From Octopus vulgaris (lineage: Eukaryota), in contig OX597823.1 of the NCBI GenBank assembly GCA_951406725.2, forward strand, positions 7,564,001 to 7,628,000: a DNA stretch of 64,000 nucleotides. Direction: 5' to 3'. A program made the translations under genes and the position numbers. Positions 56,440 to 64,000 of this stretch are shown here, in pieces. The notes under the pieces were generated by a model. That model was not told the DNA's origin, searched no databases, and saw only the letters and a list, made by a program, of their open reading frames with translations. The stretch's first letter is position 1. Each line of letters opens with the position of its first letter.

Positions 56440-58000
56440 GACTTGACTTACCTTGGAACAATTTCTAGGGTCAGATAGTATCCTTTTTGTGTCATAAAAA
56501 TTATGCATATCATGTCTAAACTGTATGCATATCTAGATTGCTTGAGTTTTTACTATTCACTATGTATCTTTCACCTGTACCAGCTCCTGAGATGATGAAT
56601 GCCTCTGAAACTTTCAGTTTAACAGCTAGAGAATGACAAGAATTCTTTCAACTCACAAGATTGTTGAGCTTACAGCAGCTGCGATGCATCTTGTTTGGTG
56701 CTCTTGTGCGTCATAAGAGAGTGCACTTACAATCTGGTTGTTGTTAGTGTCATGTTATGATCTCTCCAACACTCAACACCTATCATTGCTCTTGTGAGTA
56801 GAACATCATTGAGATCTTCCCACCTAACTTTGATGTACTCATTGAGGTTATGGTCATTGGATGTAGGCGGTTTATGTTTGATCTACTGGAAAAAATCATT
56901 GGTAATGGTGAAGTAATTCTCTTCACAGAGAAAAAAGTCTGATGCCATTGTTGTTACTTTCTTACCACAATGGGCGTTGATCACTTTTTCTTAAGATTCT
57001 TTAAATTCCTCCCAACCCTTACATTAAAATTATTCATTATTATAATTTATCTTGTTTCGGTATTTTAGTCAATGTCTGATAAAGGCATTTGTTCTCTTGA
57101 CTATCAGATGCCAAATTAGATGCATAGGGACTTAGTATTGTGACCTACATCTCTGCAAAAGCATTTCAAAGGAACATCAGATCCTCACTCATACTAACCT
57201 TTGTCTCAGTCAATTTAGGCAGCAGACTCTTCCTCATAGCACAGTCAATGTCCTGTCAGTTATATCTGCCCTCAGGGTACCTCTTCTAGAAAAAAAAAGG
57301 CATAGCCTTCACCAACCTCCATGAGAGAACCCACTCACTAAGCACAGCAGTGTCTAAATGTAATACCTCATAATGCTGGCTATAAGTGCTGATTGTTGCT
57401 GGGTTGGCTTGTCTTGCCAACAGCTGTTGCCCTGTACATCTGATGTGAGGATCTTTCACTAAAAATTTGTACATCCAGACCTGTTTCTGTTGCTGAACTA
57501 TCTCTTCTGGACTTTGACTCCCAGATCCATATTGCAGATTTATTTGCAATAAATATTTATAGTGGTGTTTGGTTGCACATTTCCCAATATCACTGTCGCT
57601 ATTGTGAAGAAGATATCTCTGTTAGCAAGGAGGACTCAAGGTAACTGCTATCTCCTTCCAGCCTCTGGAAGATGCTGGGAATCCAATCTATTAGAAACTG
57701 TCTTAAAGCTAACTGCCATAGCTTGTTTTTATTTCATGGTGCACTTACTCATAGCTATCGTCTTTCTGGACTCACCCAGAAGACATCAAGGTGTATAAAC
57801 CAAGCTAGACCAACATACTGTACCTGTGGGACCCACTGTTGCAAGATCTCTTGCCAAGTTAGCCTGGAGTTGCAACCCCATGTATGGCTGCAGGTAAGAC
57901 TCCCACACTAGGCTTCTTCACACTTCATCACATAGGTTAAGCAAAGGACAGTGACATGTCAGATAGTTGCAAGCACTACTGCACTTGAGCCATCACACCA
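56440..58000 (-). mobile_element. Decayed RTE-type LINE 5' and endonuclease region
   Basis: LHLDTAVLSE resembles the IDIAALSE endonuclease motif; part is duplicated at 54050-54691. Confidence 0.55.
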
Positions 58001-59539
58001 CCCATATGTGCATACAATTATACTATAGCATACAATAACATAAATATATTGATCTAAAGTCCTTCCAATTATGTTTAATGCTACTCTTAAAATGAAAAAC
58101 AACTGATTAATCTTTAAAGTTTCAGAGCTTGAGAAGTGATTATAGCCATGTATTACCTTATATTTGTTTTATTTCATATAATTTTGTAGGAAAAATACAA
58201 GCACGACAGATCCCCAGATATTTGTACAATTTATTTTTTCCTTTAACATGCTTTTCCAGGATATATAGTTTCAACTAAAACAGAATACTATTTTTACTTG
58301 ATAAATTACTGTTTCATGTTATATCTTAGTTTGTATATCCTAAATTACTTTGTGCAATATAAAGAAAATATTCCCATGTTTAACATGTTATTTACAAGTG
58401 TTTCTAGGTGTGTAGTCAGGTATTTCAATTAAAAATGTATATGCTTTCAAAATAAATATTATCTGGTATTGATTAGATATTTGTTCTTTCTTTATTTCAT
58501 CTTGTTTAGTAACATTAACTTTGCATCTAAGTTAATCCAGTTTGCTTTGTGAAGTGTGCTGACGCAAGCTACAAATGTGTCATTCTCTGTATAAATTTAC
58601 TGTGGTTTGCTTGACGTTTATTTTGTATCATTTAGAAAGACAATCCTTGCATGACCACATTTAATTGTAAAACCTTTTTATCTTCTTCATCTCTCTTTCT
58701 CTTTTCCCCATCCTCTCTCTCTCCCTCTCTCCTTCCATTGTTTTAGCTAGCTTGCAAGAATGTCTAATTAAAAATAAAAAGTTTAAAGAATAGAGAAAAA
58801 AAATAACATTTATATTGAAATGTTTACCTTAACTAACTCCAGGCTTGTTATTGTTCTGTAGATGATTTTTGCAATATGTGTGTGCTTTTGTGTTGTTAGC
58901 ATTGAACAATGAATTTCATGTTAGTACTGTTCCTTTCAGTTTTACAGTTCCATCATCATGGATTAAAGTGTTGTTTTTATTCAGAACACAGCTAATTTTG
59001 ACCCATACTGCTATCGGCAATTCATTAGATAATGTTTGATGTCACTAAGCTTTTTTTGCTTTCTCTAGAGCTTTTTTGCAATTTCTTTCAAACTTTTATT
59101 TATTTATTGTGTATTGATTTAGCATTCTGCAATCTAATAAATCGTAAGGCTTACGGGAGATTTTTCTTTGCTTGTTATCGGGTGTAAGAAATAAGTTGTT
59201 TCCTTGTTCTGATACAAAACATACTGTCTAATATCAATTTTAGTGTTATTGACACTTTAGTCATCTTACCACTATAGATTGACATACTCAGGTGATGTTT
59301 ACAAGTTGGTAAAATCAATATTTGGTGGTAATCAAAAAAGTTTAGGATTTTTAATTTTCTTCTGACATAAATCACTGGAAATTATTAAAATTAACTCAAG
59401 ATTATTCCTCTTAGATCAAGAAAAAAATAAATGAACATTCAGAGTTGTTTTGCACTAATTTCCAAGGAGAGCTAAGAAGATATAACTCAGGGTAAATATT
59501 TTAAGATGAGATGTAAATATTTTAAGATAAGATTTCAAG

Positions 59540-60200
59540 GTCAAGGGCCTGAGATTAACCTTTACCACTTAATCTCATGTTTTCATGGGTCCCTATCTTT
59601 GGCGAGCACTATCCACATTAAGTGATTGGCACTTCTTTATACAACTATCCTCTTTATACACATCACATGTCCATACAAGTGTGCAGTAAATCTATCTTGC
59701 ACATAACATTCCTCTTATGTCCAATTTTCTCTCAGTACACTTGCACAATGTCATTTACACATACTTACATTGCATGTCCGAGAGAGCATACTCACTTCAT
59801 ATCTTTCTAGTCTTCACAAGTCATCTGCATTCAAGATCCATGTTTCACTACCATGCAACAATGCAGTTCTAACACAAGCATCATACGGCCTGCCCTTCAC
59901 CATGAGGAAATAGGCTTTTGTGCTCTCAACCATAGTAGCAAAAACTATTGAGGATCTATTCCCATTCTGCTCTAGTACATCAGTTACATATGAAGTTTAA
60001 TTTTTCTGTTAGCCTACCTCTGATTTCGCTACACCTCTTGTATGTCCACAGACTACATTGGACACAGCTTATTAGGCTTATACTTATTCCTTTTCTGCAT
60101 ATCAATCAAGGCCATTTTCCCTGATCATACCAAAGCCCTGGCATCTAAGTACAGCTAAAGCAGGATATAACTATCACAGACCTTCATTATGATGATGTAT
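59540..60200 (-). mobile_element. RTE-clade LINE 3' fragment
   Basis: Decayed match to VKGRLYDACVRT.LLHGSETW near 59850-59900. Confidence 0.6.
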
Positions 60201-60217
60201 TCATGTTATATACTAAA

Positions 60218-60593
60218 CTAGCACTATGACCCGGCAACGCTGGGTCTTAGTGCTAGTGCATGCATATACAGCTGCATGCGTGTGCACATACACACGAATA
60301 CTGTCCAAATCTCCGACCAATCACATACAGCTAGCTGACATTCAATTAGCGTATCAAGTTTCGGGCATTTTGATTGGGTTTTGGATAGAAAATTCACAAA
60401 AAAGTTACTTCTATTAATTTTTTAATGGCTTTGCGGGGTAACTGGGGAAATGTAAAGATGTGCAAGACCACTCTTGGACGGTTTTGAATGACCATAGAAA
60501 GTACGAGCCCTCTAACTGAAAAATTGTGGATTTGTATAAAGGATACACACACACACAGACAGACATTTTGCCATTTATATATATATAGAGAGA
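60218..60593 (-). mobile_element. Non-autonomous Helitron, third family
   Basis: CTAG terminus with GACCCAGCGTTGCCGGGTC hairpin; TC start beside (CA)n/(CAGA)n. Confidence 0.8.
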
Positions 60594-61160
60594 TATAGAG
60601 ATAAATTCACGAATGCTCTGAAGCAAGTTTGCCCAAAAAACAATTGAAAATCAATGTAATGCTTTATAAGTTGACAAAAATGTACTGTAACAGTCAGAGA
60701 CCTACTACTACCAGAGTTAGGTGGTTTGTTTATTTGAAATCTTCCTTCCTACCAACTAACCCATTGAAAACCAGGAGCACTGATTTAGTACTATTTATGT
60801 CTTTGTGAAATTGGTGAAAACTCTATGGCCTTGAAGAGAGATCCAGTCCCCTGCAAGGATCTGTGTTTCAGACATCCAGTTTTTCTTTAAGGCAGTAAAA
60901 TTTGGTCTTTTTGATCTATATGTATTAAAAATCTCTATCATTTGTGAAAACTAATAGGCTACTTTTTCTTGTGTTTCTGGTCAAAATACAACCACTTCAG
61001 TAAAAATATTGCACTGCTGGGTGCTGCCTCATGACTTTTAGCACTTGTTTATGACACCAAACATAGATAGCTAAAGAATGATTTACCAATATATGCTACA
61101 AGTCTTTGATACACAACTGCAATGTAATACAGTTCTATATTTAATAGATGAGGGATTATG

Positions 61161-61612
61161 TACATTATTTACAATTGATGGATATTTGTCCTCATCTTGT
61201 TTATCAACACAACGTTTTGGCTGATATACCCTCCAGCCTTCAACAGGTGTCTTGGGGGAAATTTCGAACCTAGGTTCTCATTCCTAAGGTATTTTTCAAT
61301 GTTGTTGTTGTTGTTATTATTATTATTATTATCATTATTATTATTCAGGTCATATGTGGGCATATGGCATAATGGTTAAGAGCGTGGACTACTAACCCCA
61401 AGATTCCAAGTTTGATTTCAGGCAGTGACCTGAATAACAATAATAATAACAACATCGAAAAATACCTTAGGAATGAGAACCCAGGTTTGAAATTTCCCCA
61501 AGACACCTGATGAAGGCTGAAGGGTATATCAGCCGAAACGTTGTGTTGACAACAAACAAGATGAGGGCAAATATCCGTCAATTGTAAATAATGTAAATAA
61601 TGTAAATAATGT
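61161..61612 (+). mobile_element. Fold-back element: tRNA-like head between inverted Penelope-like arms
   Basis: Arms 61161-61352 and 61426-61595 are reverse complements; the spacer carries A/B-box-like motifs. Confidence 0.8.
61502..61547 (+). ncRNA. Minimal type I hammerhead ribozyme
   Basis: GACAC-CTGATGA-A-GGCTGA[agggtata]TCAGCC-GAAACGTT-GTGTT; palindromic ACGT in place of stem III. Confidence 0.78.
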
Positions 61613-62027
61613 GCAACTTCAGCTTATCTTAGATTTCTATAAGGTTTTATATTCTTAATGTATAAAGCATTTTGTATAACATCTCCTCTTCCTCTGCCCT
61701 ATTTTAGAAATATTCTCAGATCTTAAATTAATTTTTCCATCTTTAACTGACTCTGCTGTGAATCCTTTCCTTCTGCCACATTTATAACTTGCTCAGCTAA
61801 ATCCCACGTGATGGTACATAATTATTCTTTAATATAAGACTTATATGCCTTTATAATTGATAATATATATGAATCTAGTAGAGTGGTACAATTCAAAATT
61901 TCCTGAACAAGTGGGATTTACTTAGCTTGTCTCCTCAGAAGCTTATTGGTGTAAACATTTAGAAATTACAAGCTATTTTGAAAATACTAGATTTACAACT
62001 TCCTAATCAATAGCTTCAATGGTATAG

Positions 62028-62258
62028 GGCGGCGAGCTGGCAGAATCGTCACCACGCCGGGCGAAATGCTTAGCAGTATTTCGTCTGCTGCTACGTTCTG
62101 AGTTCAAATTCCACCGTGGTCGACTTTGCCTTTCATCCTTTTGGGGTCGATTAAATAAGTACCAGTTACGCACTGGGATCGATGTAATCAACTTAATACC
62201 TATGTCTGTCCTTGTTTGTCCCCTCTATGTTTAGCCCCTTGTGGTTTATAAAGAAATA
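62028..62258 (+). mobile_element. SINE family D (Meta-domain-like) with a 7-bp target duplication
   Basis: GGTATAG at 62021-62027 and 62259-62265; B box GTTCAAATTC; gcctttcatccttttggggtcga...agtaccag centre. Confidence 0.88.
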
Positions 62259-63139
62259 GGTATAGTCCTCTTAGTTAACGGGAGGACATATCCATATTAA
62301 AATTTTTGGTGAGAAACTTATAGTTGTAAGCTTCATTAGAGGATGCTATACAATGTGTGTTATGTTTTGGAAGCAATTAAGACAGGTAATTATGATTCAA
62401 TAACTTCAAATGAGTCTTATGTTGCAGTGATTTCAGAAGAGGAATTTTTTCATAGGTTTTTGTTTTTTTGGGGTTTTTTCTCTTGAAGCAGCACCACATT
62501 AGTCTTCTACAGGTAATTCTGTTATTGAGGTGTGGATAAGGATTTGAAGAAGTTAAGAATTTGGTTGATCAATTATTTTCACTGGCAGTTGTGGTGTTTA
62601 GCAATTCTTTTTGTAGAACAATTTATTTTTTGTTTTTAGTTTCATATTACATTTATTCAAGGGAGCAAAATATATGCACTTAGTCATCCTTCAAGAACTA
62701 ACCTGACTGATGAGTGGATAAATTGAGATAATTCTTGTATAATTGTTTTGGAAACCCTTTTACATGTGAATACCATTTTAGCATCAAAAGTAAACAAAAA
62801 TATATACAAAATATTACTTACATGAAACAGAGCAGTTCTGAACCAATTATTTCTTTCCATCTTAGTTTATTATTGTACTAGTTTTGTTTAAATACTGTTA
62901 CAACCTGTGTTCATTTTTTTTATCTTCAAAGATGGTAATCAACATTTAATATTTGATTCTACCTGTTATATTTTGCTAATATTAAAATCTTAGCAGGGTT
63001 GATATCTAATTTCTGAATGTTTTAAGTAAATTGGAAATATTTATTTTAGGTATATTGATTTGCACTAAATTGTTATTCAGGCCATACATGCATATACTAT
63101 TCAACTGTACAAATTGTTAATTTCTTTTCATTAAGATAA

Positions 63140-63545
63140 AGAGTGGCTGTGTGGTAAGTAGCTTGCTTACTGACCACATGGTTCAGGGTTCAGTCCCACT
63201 ACGTGGCACCTTGGGCAAGTGTCTTCTACTATAGCCTTGGGCCGACCAAAGCCTTGTGAGTGGATTTGGTTGATGGAAACTGAAAGAAGCCTGTCATATA
63301 TATGTATGTGTATGTATGTGTGTGTGTGTATCTTTGTGTGTCAGTGTTTGTCCTCCCAACATCGCTTGACAACCGATGCTGGTGTGTTTACGTCCCCGTA
63401 ACTTAGCGGTTCGACAAAAGAGACCAATAGAATAAGTACTAGCCTTACAAAGAATAAGTCCTGGGGTCGATTTGCTCGACTAAAGGTGGTGCTCCAGCAT
63501 GGCCACAGTCAAATGACTGAAACAAGTAAAAGAGTAAAAAAGTGT
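63140..63545 (+). mobile_element. SINE family A, full copy
   Basis: Complete head, microsatellite and tail. Confidence 0.92.
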
Positions 63546-63734
63546 ATGATAAGGTTATTTATAAAATAGCATTTATTATCATTTTTTTCAGATTTCATTT
63601 ACCAAAGTTCTATATTATAGAACTTTTACTGAGCCCTCAACATTGAATCAGTTATGAAAATGCTAAATAACGTATTTCCACTTTATGTATTCTTTCGTTA
63701 TGTTTTTGTTTATAAATAAACAGTATATAAATAA

Positions 63735-64000
63735 CTAGCATTATCGCCCGGCATTGCTCGGGTTTGTAAGGGAAATAACTACATAAGCATTTTTAGAGAG
63801 TTATAGCCAAAAATTAGCCAAAAAATGCATTAAAAATGGAAAAAAAATGATGGTAAATTTTTTTTTAAATCATTGACTCATCGTAGACATTTTTAGAGAG
63901 TTACTTCCCTTATATAATAGCGGAAAAAATGCATTAAAATGGAAAAAAATGATGGTAAATTTTTTTTTAAATCGTAGACTCATCATAGACGCGCGCTAAT
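63735..64000 (-). mobile_element. Non-autonomous Helitron, subfamily 2, cut by the window end
   Basis: Matches 47980 onward but with fewer tandem units. Confidence 0.85.

Larger units (their letters stand above)
58090..63730 (-). pseudogene. Further decayed reading-frame blocks between transposons, candidate viral segments
   Basis: Examples: ELPIAVWVKISCVLNKNNTLIHDDGTVKLKG, TENDTFVACVSTLHKANWINLDAKLMLL, PLVQEILNCTTLLDSYILSIIKAYKSY; no diagnostic motif. Confidence 0.4.

Overview
Very AT-rich animal genomic DNA; the kb-scale (TA)n arrays and tRNA-derived SINEs point to a cephalopod, most likely Octopus (inference). Nearly all supplied ORFs (YIYI/MYVC type) are microsatellite artefacts. The only convincing host coding sequences are two divergent first exons about 2.6 kb apart: a minus-strand exon (MDFHAAMETFAEAWVAAN..., possibly Dve/SATB-like) and a plus-strand signal-peptide exon (...TTYKDNEK|, possibly TM9SF). 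The rest is probably intronic and holds SINEs, CR1- and RTE-type LINE fragments, a decayed Tc1/mariner transposase, five Helitrons and two inverted repeats containing hammerhead ribozymes. The main finding is more than 10 kb of decayed reading frames between about 33 and 63.7 kb. One block (44.8-46.05 kb) keeps collinear remnants of the polymerase motifs of a segmented negative-strand RNA virus, suggesting a large, old, rearranged endogenous viral element. All calls were made by eye without database searches, and repeat boundaries are approximate.
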